Of a DNA stretch of 64,000 bases, positions 25,506 through 38,340 are shown in pieces. The notes under the pieces were generated by a model. It had not been told where the DNA came from. It worked only from the letters and a program-made list of their open reading frames with translations, and did not search any database. This stretch comes from Torpedo marmorata (lineage: Eukaryota). The DNA is taken from contig OZ360239.1 in NCBI GenBank assembly GCA_977017645.1, forward strand, positions 55,056,001 to 55,120,000, written 5' to 3'. Numbering within the stretch: the first letter of the stretch is position 1; every line of letters begins with the position of its first letter. The position numbers and the translations under genes were made by a program.

Positions 25506-25874
25506 GGATGTCAGATACCCAAAGGCTGGAATATTATATACAGCATTCGTGACACACAAGAGACAGCGGCCGTCTATTTGAATCCAGACAGATTCGACCC
25601 AGATCGGTTTGGACCCGAGCGGGATGAGAGCAAAGTGGGTAGATTTAATTATTTGCCCTTCGGAGGGGGCGTTCGGAGCTGCATCGGAAAAGAGTTGGCG
25701 CAAATCATCCTCAAAACACTGGCGATTGAATTAATCAGCAGCGCGCAGTGGGAACTGGCCAGTGCCGCCTATCCCAACATGCAGACCGTGCCAGTTGTAC
25801 ACCCAGTCGATGGGCTGAAGGTTCGGTTTCGTCGCTTGAACGATAAAGGAAATTGCAAACCCATAAACGAATAA
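25506..25874 (+). CDS. CYP26C1: Cytochrome P450 26C1, last coding exon (heme-binding motif)
   Basis: ttcacag|GGA acceptor; GCQIPKGWNIIYSIRDT, FDPDRF, PFGGGVRSCIGKELA (FxxGxRxCxG), MQTVPVVHPVDGL; TAA stop. Confidence 0.93.
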   Translation, partial: GCQIPKGWNIIYSIRDTQETAAVYLNPDRFDPDRFGPERDESKVGRFNYLPFGGGVRSCIGKELAQIILKTLAIELISSAQWELASAAYPNMQTVPVVHPVDGLKVRFRRLNDKGNCKPINE

Positions 25875-26433
25875 CAGGACACAGCCAAGTACCTCGCAGC
25901 CTGTGTAAGGCGAGTTAGCCAATGCCCGAGTCCTGTGACGTCAGACGACGTGGTCAAATCTATGCCAAGCGATTTGCCCCCACAAAATGTGAATGCCAGT
26001 AAATGTAAATTAACATTGACTGGCTTCAGGCTTCGGCAGAGGGCCCACTGCCAATCACTTCCAAGCACCGGAAACCAGTTATCTCAAAAGTGTTTGTTGA
26101 ATCTTAAAATGTTTTTTCCCCTCACCAATACAGTACACCCAAACACACCATGGCAAAACACAGTACTTTATCTATGCACTTATACATTAATGTACTAGTT
26201 TTTAGAGCGTGCAGCTACGAACTAAAGTGTGGAACCGCAGTTTTCCCACACGACTGTTGACCAGGTACTGACCCCTTTACGTTAAACTTTGTTTCATCAG
26301 TGTGGAAAGGATGGCGCTTCGACAGTGAATTTTGTCACATTGCCTTTTTGTTCTTTTTCACCCAGAATATACTTCGTTTAATACTTCAATCAACAGTGAA
26401 GGGACCAAAATAAGTTATGTATTTTGTAAACCA

Positions 26434-26439
26434 AATAAA
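26434..26439 (+). terminator. Candidate polyadenylation signal of CYP26C1
   Basis: AATAAA followed by GT/T-rich downstream sequence, 560 bp after the stop. Confidence 0.65.
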
Positions 26440-26643
26440 ATATGTGTTTGTTTTGTTTACATTGGCTGTTGCTCTGGTTAGGTTATAAAGACTACAGCCG
26501 TTAATCTAGCATGGCCTCTTTCATCCTTGCCTCACTCCACATGTCCATCCTCACTGTCCTTCGACAATGGTCACAGTCTGGAGTGACCTGAAGAGGAATA
26601 GACTGTTAGAACTGTGAGCTGGAAAGATTGGGGAATGGGGACT

Positions 26644-26941
26644 GGGGTGGTGACGAGGCGGGTGGGGCTGAGGATTGTGAATGGAGAGCGAGGTGGTGGT
26701 AGGGAGATTGTGTGAGGGGTGGTGACGAGGCGGGTGGGGCTGAGGATTGTGAATGGAGAGCGAGGTGGTGGTAGGGAGATTGTGTGAGGGGTGGTGACGA
26801 GGCGGGTGGGGCTGAGGATTGTGAATGGAGAGCGAGGTGGTGGTAGGGAGATGGTGTGAGGGGTGGTGACGAGGCGGGTGGGGCTGAGGATTGTGAATGG
26901 AGAGCGAGGTGGTGGTAGGGAGATGGTGTGAGGGGTGGTGA
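26644..26941 (+). repeat. G-rich 72-bp tandem repeat, ~4 copies
   Basis: Unit starting GGGGTGGTGA(CG) recurs at 26644, 26716, 26788, 26860, 26932. Confidence 0.92.
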
Positions 26942-26954
26942 GGAACCAAACATA

Positions 26955-27200
26955 TGAGATTTCAGAGGCAAGTTATTTTACAGAGAGTGGTGGGTGCCTG
27001 GAATGGATTGCCGGGGGTGGTGGTGGAGGCTGGTACAATAGGGGGCATTTAAAAGATTCTTAGATAGGCACATGGATGCAAGAAAAGTAGTGTTATTTAT
27101 GGGTGTGAAGTAGGGAAGGATTAGATTTTTGTGGAGTAGTTTATATAGGTCGGCACAACATTGTGGGCCGAAGGCTCTGTGCTATGCTGTTATGTTCACT
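26955..27200 (+). mobile_element. CR1 3'-end fragment
   Basis: TTTTACAGAGAGTGGTGGGTGCCTGGAATG..., GGGCCGAAGG tail. Confidence 0.65.
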
Positions 27201-28511
27201 GTTGTGATGATCTTTGTTCTTTAAGAACAATGACATGTTATGGATATGGACAGTATTCAATTCATGAAACTTATGGACACGCCAGGGGATTCTCGAGCGG
27301 CTGAGTTGCCCTGTTAGTGTTTGTTTTAAATTGAGGCATGTAATCACATGAACATTTCCCATTAAACTTTAAGGCCAAAATATCCTTGCCTTGAAAATGG
27401 ATTGCGCTGTTTTATTAAAGTGCTAATCATACAAAATCCGATTTTACGTGGAGTTAGTTGCGAAATCAGACTTTCATGTATGATCTATATATCGCTTGCC
27501 CTATCTTTTCTGACAGCAATGGTGTCATTTGCCAGATAATACACCTTTCTATAAATGTGCATCAAAACTCCATGCTACCGCCAGTTTGTCGCTTTTCTAC
27601 ACATTTAAAAGGCCAAGGAATCGGATAATTTCAAGTGGTTCCAGACTACTCAAACATCTCAAATCAAATGCGTGCAGAGTGTTTGCTACCATACTTAGTT
27701 GTCGATGTAATATTTCCGTGTGTGCCTCAGAAGTGATATTTTTCGTTGCACTTCAGTGCTGGACCTATTATTATAGTTACGACTGATCTCTCAGAGTGAG
27801 ACAGGGACCTTGTGGTCCGACATAAAGGCATGCGTATCAGCCTTCTCACAAAGAGTCTTCACAGACATGCATTCTATCAAGACCAATAAACAATGTATTT
27901 GCATCCGCAGTTTTCCAAGGCTTTCACCATCGACGTAAGTGAGATTCTTCAGATTCACACGCCTACTTGGACGATTCTGACTGTAAAGATCAAGTTCGTG
28001 TTGTCTCTCAACTTCCTCACGTTGGGCTCTTTTCATGTAGCCATAACCGTGTTTCTCCGTTTGTTGCTCACTGTGGCACAAGCGAAGCTACCCAGACACT
28101 GCGCTCATGAAGTGATGGCGTCACTGCTTATGATTCCAGCGAGGAACCGGCAGCATTTGGGGCACTAAGATTTTCCAGTATTATTGGCTTTTCACAAACA
28201 CGGGCAGCTGTTGGCTGCACTCATGTACTCATCGGAACTGACGTAGGAACTTCATCAAACGGAAAAGGTTTCACTTCAGGGTGTAATGTCTGAGCACACA
28301 TTATCACTGAGATCATCCAAGCCATTCGGTCTCAGGATGGTCACTGAAAGTAAGAATAAGGTAGTCCTTGGGGCAACACTTTACTCCTCCACATGTGGCT
28401 CTAATACCTGGTCCTACTCTCTCTGACACTGGGTATCACCCAGTATTATCCAACCGACTCACTTTGTGTAGTTTAATAAGCACTGCAACTGAGCAGGTAC
28501 TTGAAAGGCTT

Positions 28512-29132
28512 CGTCAAGAATCGTCAAGTGAAACTACACTTCACTTGTACTTCCAGAGAACATATTTACTGCATCGGGAGATCGTTTTGCTGAGCACCTC
28601 CTCTCCGTCCGCAACAACAGCGACCTCCCAGTAGCCAGCCATTTCAATTCCGAGTCACACTCCCACACTCACATGTCTGTCTATGCCCTTATGTACTATC
28701 CCACCCAGACTACCCGCAAATTGGAGGAACAACATCTCATTTTCTCTCTGGGCACTCTCCAGCCAGATGGCATTAACATTGACTTTTCTGCTTTCCACTA
28801 AACCTGCTTGTCTTTTCCTTCCCCTCCCCCCTCACCTGTCCTTCCTGTTTTTTTCCACCCACCCAGTCATCCCTCCTCCCCCTCTTTGCTGCTGTCTCCT
28901 TCCTCCTTTCTCCACCTATAATCTCCTGCCTTTGCCACCCCCCTTCCCCCCTCACTCTTTTGTTCGGACGCCTGCCGGCATTTTCTCATACTTTGATGAA
29001 GGGCTCAAGCCCGAAACGTCGGTTATGTATTTCTACCTTTGCTACATAAAATACACTGTTTGACCTGCTGAGTTTCTCCAGCATTTGTGTTTTTTACTTC
29101 AACCACGGTGTCTACAGATTTTCGTGTTTTAC
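28512..29132 (+). mobile_element. Penelope-like retroelement 3' portion: GIY-YIG endonuclease C-terminus plus terminal repeat
   Basis: Manual translation FTCTSREHIYCI / GDRFAEHL..DLPVASHFNS..KLEEQHLIFSLGTLQPDGINIDFS, TAA 28799-28801; 14-bp TSD TACTTGAAAGGCTT (28498-28511 and 29133-29146). Confidence 0.85.
28987..29027 (+). ncRNA. Putative minimal hammerhead ribozyme (U3 variant) in Penelope terminal repeat
   Basis: Identical motif to 20182-20222, downstream of the GIY-YIG stop. Confidence 0.55.
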
Positions 29133-32100
29133 TACTTGAAAGGCTTATTGGGAAACAACTAGAATGGGGAATATCACATTTTTTAAAACGGACTCAGAGT
29201 GACAACATTACTTACCCTCTTTAATTTAATGAACTTGAAATACCTTATTCAGAGTGATTTCAGCCTGTCTACACAATGACGGAAAAGAACGAATGGTCTT
29301 TAAATAAGTGATAGACCTCGTTACACTGATGGACCCAATGGGTTCATAGAGAACCAGAGGCTAGCTGCAGCATGCGTGTCAATGTTTCTTTATCCGAGGA
29401 AGATCACTCAGTCGGAGATATTCAACGGCGTTAAGAGGTGGAATCTTAGGAGATGGGTCCAGAGGTCAGGACTTCTACTTCTGTAACTTCTCACATTAAT
29501 GCCCTCGCCTACCACAGCGGGTTGACCCAGATATAAGGGCCGTACATGTACTACAATGGTTGTGGAAAATGCAGCTTGTCTCCTCAGTAGGATGCACTGC
29601 AGTAAACAGCAAGACTCAATCATCGCAAACCAAAGGCAACAGCCTGTTCCAGAGGAAGAGCAACTGGCAGACTTGAAGCCTGAAAGCAGATCTTGAGGAG
29701 CAGCAGGAATAGAATGAAAGCTACCTGGAGGAATGTCTCGCTTGGCATCCACTGTTTTATCTCACAGCTGAATAGAGTGGTGTCAGCAAGAACTATAAGG
29801 CGTTCTCGGATAAAGGGGAGCTTCTCAGAAATAACCTGCCAGATATAGGTCTATTTTAAGGGATTCTTATTTTCCTGAATGAGACATATGTAGACCAGTT
29901 CAACGAGGTTCCCATTATGGAGCCGCGGGTTTCCCAGACAACTTACACCTTCCTCCCCGGTTCATAGAACTCCCACCATACTCCTTCCCGATCCTGCCTG
30001 TACCTCACTTTCATTTGGGTGAATGTGGGACTTAGCTCCCTCTCCTTTGAGGCATGACAGCAGGCGAATGTCTGTCTGTCATTCGGTGTATATCATCGAA
30101 GGTTAGCACCCTAATCTGTTGCCAAGCACAATGGCGGAATCTGCGCTTAACTGAATGAGGTTCCACCAGGAATCGTGCAAATTTCACTTTATCTAATGAT
30201 GCTTCAGACAAAATTTTGACCAATCTTGTATTTTCCCCAGGGCGCCCAATGTAGCATTGGCCCCAATGTATTGACATATTGGTGAACCAGAAATAGGTGC
30301 AAAATCGAATACCGACATTGCCTTTGATTCACCAGTCGTCGTCGTCGTCCCCCCCCCCCCACCCGCACCAGTCCCCCACCCAACTTCTCCATTACTTGGA
30401 GTGGCTTGCTTTTCTCTTTCTCAGTTCTGATGAATGGTTTCTCTTTCCACAGATGCTGATTGATTGGCCGAGTTCTTCCTGCATTTCTGTTTTTGATGGA
30501 TATAATATATGGAATTGAATAAATAGGTATCTGTCGCAGTTCCTAGAGGAAACTATAAATTTTCAATAAACAACATAAATGCTTAATATTCAACAGGTCA
30601 GACAGGAGTAAAAAAACGACAAATAATTATCTAGCTGAACAGAGTAGATACAGATTTACCAGTTTTAGTTAGGATGTCTATTTAGTTTTATTAGTTTCTT
30701 CTACTCACATATAATGGTTATAATGTTGGAAAATGTGTCAATGTATGTTGTGATATTTAAAGAATAAACGTAAAATAATATAAATACCAGTTTGGGTTCT
30801 TGTGATAATGGGTTGCAGTTTTAAACATTGTATGTAGAATTTTCCAGAAGTAGGTATTAGTTTGATTTGTAAAATTGAGACTAATTTTATTTCAAATATA
30901 ATTGATTGCGCTTTGTGAAATTCGAGAACATTAAAACCGACAGTTAAGGTCAATGATACTGTATATTAGTGCTGGTTCATCTTGTACATTACACTCACCA
31001 CCTTCATCCCATTCTCTTGCTGCTGAGCTGCGAAACCACTCTCACTTCACCATTCTCTGTCCCTTCTCTCAACTGGTTATACTTCCAACCCATCTTTGTG
31101 GCGTGGTATACAGTAATTGTTCATAGCAGCCTCTCGGCACATACACCGCCAGGGTCCCATACAGAATTAGTCGTTCCTTTCCATACCACAAATCCTTAAC
31201 CATGGACCAGAAGCTTACACTGAAACTATTGCGCTGGCAAGACAGTTTAGAGAATGGGCTTACATCGCAAATCCATCAATCTATTCGACTGCAGAAATCA
31301 TTGAGTCATATCCAGTCCGCCCCATTCACCCATCCGATTTTATTCTCCTGAGATATTCCCGGTAACTCCTCCCACCCAGATTAATCCATCAGAGGCAATT
31401 TACACTGAGCAACTTGCCCACACCAACACGTATTTGGGATGTTGGAGGAAACCAGATCAGCCGAACAGTACCAACGCAGTCAGAAGGAGAACGTACAACA
31501 CTCACACGGACCCGGCTGGAAGTCGCCGGAGCGGAGAGGCAGCAGCTTTACCGCTGCGGCTGCGCAAATGTGTTGTCCCATTTTATTCTTCCAAAATAAA
31601 ATATATTCACAAAAAGATGACGCAATACCTCAATCAGTCCTAACACTATGACTCAAGTGCATTTCAGTGAAGGAGGGGGTGGAGGAGTTATTAATGATCA
31701 ATCGCAGCAATTAACACTGTCCAAAAACTTCAAAAGGACTGATCATCTCAGATGAGACAAACAGGAATTAATACTTAGGGTAACATAACTTCCTTCTTAC
31801 TGTCAACATCAACGATTTTCATGCCATTTGCCAATTTTCTAATCATATCTCCTATTCACATCCAAATCGTTATTGTATATGTCAGCAAGGATTTGCAACA
31901 CTGTTTATTGTGGTACACCACTGGTTCCAGGATTTTAACCATACAAAAATGCCACCATCACCCTCTGTACACATTACCAAACCCAATTCTGGATCCTTAC
32001 AGTAGCCCAAATAGTCCGCATCAATTACATTTCCCAATACACTGCATTGGCTTTTTGAAATAACGGATGTCCCCTAACAAAGCCATGCCAAAAGGTTTTG

Positions 32101-32346
32101 ATTAATCCCTGCCCATCCATATAGATTTAATCTTGTCTGACAGATTTTTTTTCCAGTAACTTCCCTACCACTCACCGTCTACTATTCACCAGCCTGCAGC
32201 ACATTTGCTATCCTCAAGTCATCTGGCACTTCTCTTGAAAATTTCGAAATCTCAGCTTGGACCCCAGCAATCTCCCATAGAAACTGGGATACACCATAAC
32301 AGGTTCTGGGATTTGTCCACTTATAAGCCTGTAAATACATTTATTC

Positions 32347-33172
32347 GGAATCAGAATTTATTGTCATGAACAAGTATTGAAATTCGGTGTTTTGCGGAAG
32401 CATCATAGTGCAAACATTCATATTATAACCATCTTATGACAGTACTATAAAAATATAAATAATAGTGCACGAAAAGTAAGCCAGTATCTTTGGTTCATTG
32501 ATTATTCCTGATTCTGATGGCAGCGGGGAAGAAGCTGTCCTTGTGCTGTTGAGTGCTCGTCTTTAGGCTCCTGTACCTTTTTCCCAATGGTAGCAGAGTG
32601 AAGATGGCATGGCCTGGGTGGTGGGCGTCTTTGAGGACAGAGGCTGCTTTTTTAAGACACACCCTCATGTAGATGTCCTCGATGGAGTGAAATCTGGTGC
32701 CTGTGATGTCACAGGCCGAGTTAACAACCCTCTGGAATTTATTCTTATCCTGAGAGTTGGCGCCTCCATACCAGGCAGTGATGCAACCAGCCAGAATGCT
32801 CTCCACGGAACACCTGTAGAAGTTTACGAGAGTCTTCGGTGACATACTGAATCTCCTCAGACACCTCACAAAGTATAGCCGCTGGCGAGCCTTCTTTGTG
32901 ATTGCATCAACGTGGAGGCTCCAGGACAGATCCTCTGGGATGTTGACACCTAAGAATTTGAAGTTCTTGACCCTCTCAACTACTGAGCCCTCGATGAGGT
33001 CGTGTTCCCCTGACTTCCTCCTGAAGTCCACAATCATCTCCTTGGTTTTGCTGACGTTGAGCGCAAGGTTGTTGTCATTACACCATTCAACGAGTTGATC
33101 TATCTCCCTCCTGTACCCTTCCTCATTGCCGTTTGTGATTCTGCCGACAACTGTGGTGTCATCGGCAAACAT
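32347..33172 (-). mobile_element. Rex1/Babar-type LINE 3' portion
   Basis: [47 protein letters not shown]; ATTCTG-type tail. Confidence 0.85.
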
Positions 33173-34236
33173 CCTCTTAGAATTTTACTGTCTCCTCTCC
33201 CCCTTCACCCAGCATTAACCAACAATTTCTTCTCCTTCGTGATTGATTTAAGGTCCTATCTATAAGCTCCACCTCCATGCACACTTCTTTAGTTACTAAT
33301 GGACCCTAATCTTTCCCTGATTCCCCTCCCCCTTTATTCTTACAAAATGCTTTGAGATCTTCCTCAAGCTTGTCTTTAGGTGATATTTCCTCCCCCGTTT
33401 TCCCTCCTGAATTACTTTCAAGTACTCTCATTAATGTTCTCTGTTCCTGATGGGCCTCCCCTGCTTTCAATACTCTGCTTTATCCAACCCTCGATATTCA
33501 GGGTTCCTTGGTCTTGCTGTCCTTACCTTTCTCCCTTATGGGAATGTTGCACCTGAACCCTGTTCCAATTTTGAATTACTCCCATATGTCCGATATTGAC
33601 TTAACTGTGAGAAGCTGCTCCCAGTCCACGTTTGCTAGGTCTTGTCTTATGATGGACTCCTGATGCAGGGTCTCTAAACTTGGACTGTTCCCTTGTCCTC
33701 CACAGATGCTGCCTGACCCGCTGAGTTCCTCCAGCAGTTTGTGTTTTTTGCTCCAGATGTTAACATCTGCCGTCTATTGTGTCTCCTCGTCTTATGATAT
33801 TCAAACCGTGATACCCCCAATTTACGACCTCAATTGCTTGTTTCAATTTGTTATATATCTGCATTAGACATTTTGCTTGTGTTTATTTTGCGCTGCTTGG
33901 TATGCTGAGGAAGATGTTCAGTTTTATGGCCTAAAGACACCACAGCTATGTTTTGCATCTCTTAATCATTTTGATATGAAGGATAACGACCGTGTATTCA
34001 TGTAAAAACTGGGAGAAGCCACCATCTCATTAACACTGACCCAATTTTAAAATCCTAATGCCTCAGCAGCGCACAGCATCCATGCATTTTGCTTCAGAAA
34101 ATTTATACCCTCACATCCAGACAGTGGAAAACAACGAAATCGTTTATTTTAAACTCTCTTAATATAAAGTGTAATTGCTCTTTAAGGTGCATGGGAATTC
34201 GCTTTTGTTCACCTGTAGAATATAGAACAGTTTACA

Positions 34237-34421
34237 CACACAGAAATGCTGGTGGAACGCAGCCGGGGCGAGGGCTTATTCCTTGAAGAAGGGCTCAGGC
34301 CCATAACGTCGGTTATATATCTTTACCTTCTATGGACGCTGTGAGACCGACTAAGTTCCTCCAGCATTTCTGTGTGTTTTTACTACAATCACAGCGTCTG
34401 CAGACTTTCGTGTTTCACATC
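34237..34421. mobile_element. Fold-back Penelope terminal-repeat element
   Basis: TTGAAGAAGGGCTCAGGCCCATAACGTC (decayed hammerhead motif); 11-bp TSD AACAGTTTACA (34226-34236 and 34422-34432). Confidence 0.7.
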
Positions 34422-34605
34422 AACAGTTTACAAACATGGTGCACTTCGGTGAATTTGAGGTTTCAGGGCGGAATATCGACGCTCTGCATTAATCTTCGAA
34501 TAAGAGGTGATTTCAGATCAGTGCGGGAAGCAAATAGGCAGGCATTTCGGCGTTGTCTTGGCTCCAACACTCCTGCCATGATAGATCTGTTGAATAGACG
34601 GACAG

Positions 34606-34679
34606 TGAACTTGACGAAGTTTCTGCCAAAGTTCACGCGGATGTCACGGTCCGTCTTTTTTCAGGTCAGACTGCGGTCA
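34606..34679 (+). promoter_or_regulatory. Distal retinoic-acid response element cluster of CYP26A1
   Basis: Half-site TGAACT 34606-34611; DR5 AGTTCA-cgcgg-ATGTCA 34630-34646; DR5 AGGTCA-gactg-CGGTCA 34663-34679; resembles the recalled mammalian distal CYP26A1 RAREs. Confidence 0.8.
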
Positions 34680-37499
34680 GCTCTGGCTGAAAACACAAGC
34701 CTTGGGGCCAAAAGAACTGCGTGTCCCCAGCTTTGGGGAGCATACAGGAAAGGCCATTTACTGACAATCCGCAGGAACCCCGGCATCAAACTGCTCTTCA
34801 CACATTATAGTAAAGTTTTATGGTCTGAAAAATTCACCCACCTCACCTCTAGGCTAATCCAGGTCAGAGAGGAGCAAAGACATACATCATGGAGCTGAAT
34901 TCAATAGGTTCACCTGCAACTAATGGGTTCGGAGAATACACATCATTTGTCATTAATACAATCGCATGAATCAAAAAAAAAACTTTTTCTATTATGTTGA
35001 AAGCCACATATTCAAATACATTTTTAAAAAATTACTCTGTATCACTCCAGCGAGGGAATAACCGCTTTAAGAGATTATCATTGTTATTAAAAGTCGCTGT
35101 AACCCATAATTACGCCATCTGCTGGGACCTAACAAACAAATGACCATAAATGAATGAGCATAACACTGATTAATAAATAACAGGTCCATTCCGCTCACCA
35201 AAGAGAGCAGTCTTACCCCGCATGCGGAACAATGAAACGTCTGTATACCTTTTTTTGAAGACAGCTTTGACTTAACTATAGTTGGCAGACGTTTATAAAT
35301 TACGGTTTGAAAATCTGCAATTGAATCACAGCGAACGCGTTATCAACTGCTATTGTTTTAAAATTGAAACAGTTAAGCATAAAATAGATTAGTATAATTT
35401 AAAATAAATGGAAAAAAAAAGTTTTTAAACAATTCGCCAAATGGAGCTTTAGTGTGGCCGCCGGAAATTATCTGGCACTATGGTAAGTTTTATTTGGATA
35501 AGAATCCTGCATATTAAGTTTTTGGTTAATTATTCTGAAACGGGTTACTACATAGGGATGCTATGCTTTCTTCGTGTGTGGGGGATATAGTTAATAGTCA
35601 TTCTGAAATAGACTATTTGCAGTTAGAGCAAGAGATATACTGAGCTGCGAAAACTTAAACTGCACAAGCCAGTGTTTTATTGCTGGCAGTCGTCCATTTA
35701 TTTAACATTACACCTGAAATTCGAATGGGTTTCCTTCCGACAGTCTTTTAATCGGCACTATATTTATGTGGTGATTATTCAGTGATTATTCCACCTTATA
35801 ATAAAGTAAGGTTAAATGAGCATTTTGAAACATCCACTCAAAAATGCGTGTAATCTCCGTGGTACGGAACGCAGCATTTACAGGTCTCATGAAAGCACAC
35901 AAAAATCTGAATTTTACTCAGCAGACTATGATGGTGGAATTATCACAACAAAATGAAATATTTTCGCCCAGTGTATCTATGACCGTCTGTTTCGTTTTAT
36001 TCCCGCTGCTCATCGAGACACTGGAATTGACGGCCTTTTACACACACACACACACACACACACACTTCCTTTTAGAAAGTTGCTACTGAATTTATTTCAC
36101 AATTGGTTCAAGATGTTAATAAAATAAAGCGCACCTAACTAAGCTTCAAATATTTGCAAAGCACTATTTAACGCTCGTTTTCCTGGTTACAAATACCTAA
36201 CCGTATACTTTTGAAACCACGAAACCGGTGTGAAATCGTGTGTTGTTAAGACGAAATATAGGCATTGCGTCTCATCTTGAATTAACTTTCAGTAGTTTAA
36301 AGGGTTGGATACTTTGAGCTCTGGGGCTTCCATATTTTTCAGAGTTAGAACTAGGTGTGAACACCCAGAGTTCCCTATGGGCTTATTGTGGAAGGTTTAT
36401 CTATAACGCCATCCCTACTGCTGAATATTCACAGTGCACGATACCAACAATGATTGTTGAGTCTATCTCGGATACACTTTTCACAAAAACTGCACACTAT
36501 AGTACTTGACAAATGGTGATAATAGCTGCATAAATATTAAAATATCCTTTAATGTGCTGTCTTCAGTGTTTTGATTTATACTGTACGTCAACAATTTCAT
36601 TGTGCTTCGACAAAAAAAAATCAGCAATTTCACACGGAAGTGTTGCGATTTAAAACCGGTCACACCGCCCCGCACACTCCCGTGTTCATCGGGCGCTCAG
36701 GTCTGTCAACAACACATATCGCCTTTTCTGCAATTATTAGATTTGCAGAACAATGAAGTATAACACTCCTTTGTTGTATTTCACAACGGGTCGAATCGTT
36801 GTTTAGAAATGTATAACTAGTGGGTGTAACTAAAGGATTAACTACGTTTTAGTAAAACGCTGCATCTGCCGCTCAAATTCAACTACCCTCGTCATCTCAC
36901 TGAAACGGAACCCAGCCCGACAATTAGCAACTGAATAGCGTTGAAAGTATTGTTAACCTCCCTCCCCATCAGTGGTGCAGGTAGTTATATTCATTATTCG
37001 TTACTCTGCACATAATTACAATTTGCATTGCAATGCTCGGAATGCGATGGCAAAGTTAGGAGTGATCAACAGTGCCTAGTGATCCAGACTTGAACTTCAG
37101 GAAAAGCAGCTCCTGCTTGTGAATACGGATAAACTGGAGACAGCTGACTGTGTCATTCTGGATATTTTTTACTCTGACTACTTCCAGCTAAAAGTCCAAC
37201 TAGCTCTTCTTTCGCTACAACGCAACGCTGATAGATCCTAAGTAACGAAGCGGCAACGATATTACCCAATGTCTTCGGGTAAAATCCCATCACAGTAAGC
37301 GAGTTACGGCATATGCTCAATTGTATTTCGCTACTCGATCCTGCAAAACAATTCCTTTCTTTGCTACCCGGTAGGAGAAATACCTGCTCAAATGTTACCG
37401 GGGAATGTTGATCAATTGGGGTCTCTTTATCTAAGATGGATTCTTTAATCTTAAATATATAAGTACAAAAACAGTACAGAACACGGCTTTCTTTACATT

Positions 37500-38330
37500 A
37501 CTATGGTATACATTGGTAGTGGTAGCACATTTTGTGTACATGGCACTATTGCTATTTGTAGCTCTTTGGGATGATATAGGGGCTTCTAAAGACTTCTACA
37601 CTGGACACGTCAATGTCCAGTGGCAGAAGAATCCTAGACTGCAGTCATTCCCCACAAAGCCTTTGCGTTGGCTGCAACAAGCTTCAGTGCATCCCCCAGC
37701 ACACGATCCTGGAGCTTGAAATGTACCAGTCAGCAGCAATCCCGCACGGAAGTTGTACCTGGAAGACCAACACGTTTAGGGCAGACCAAAGAGCATCTTT
37801 CACAGAGCTGATGAACTTCCTGCAGCACCTGATGTTCATTTCTGTGTGCACCTCTGGGAACTAGAAATAGACCGGAGTCCTCTGTTATGGAGCTGCTCAG
37901 AATGAACTGATGAGGCATCTTGCATCCTTCTCACGGTATTCTTGGGATGGACAAAGTCCACAAAAAGATGGGCGACCATCTCATCCTCATCCACCTGTCC
38001 CCTGAGCAATGTTCCTTGGGACTGAGATATCAATCATATAGGGAGGATCTGATAGGGAGCCGCCAGCCTACCGAGGTCTTGGTGCTTATTGATGAGTCCT
38101 GACGATGAGGATTTTGTGAGATGATATGGGCAGTCTGCTCAGGGAACCACACCGCAAGATCCATCGGGCGTTTGTCCAACAGTGCCTGCAGGACTTCTGA
38201 TTCAAGCAGTTTCTCTGAAACAACTTTTTTCAGGAAGGAAAGAAACTGGAACATTGCTGTTCAGAGGGAAACCTAACCTTCTTAACACCTGGGACAGGTA
38301 GATCCTCAGCCCTGAGGGAGACCTGGTGCC
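37500..38330 (-). mobile_element. Degenerate Tx1/L1-like LINE remnant
   Basis: Minus-strand peptides WFPEQTAHII and NKHQDL resemble Tx1-clade ORF2 C-termini. Confidence 0.5.
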
Positions 38331-38340
38331 CGTGCACTTT

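Noticed and set aside
16938-25874. Assignment as CYP26B1
   Set aside because: FAAF..TTAS, LLLLQH, VLRLLPPVSGG and adjacency to CYP26A1/MYOF fit CYP26C1; CYP26B1 neighbours DYSF
26551-26971. His/Pro-rich repeat proteins or a CRISPR-like array
   Set aside because: Plain 72-bp tandem repeat with no unique spacers; eukaryotic context, no cas genes
34332-34898. 188-aa ORF upstream of CYP26A1
   Set aside because: Starts in a repeat, overlaps the RARE enhancer, no recognisable domain
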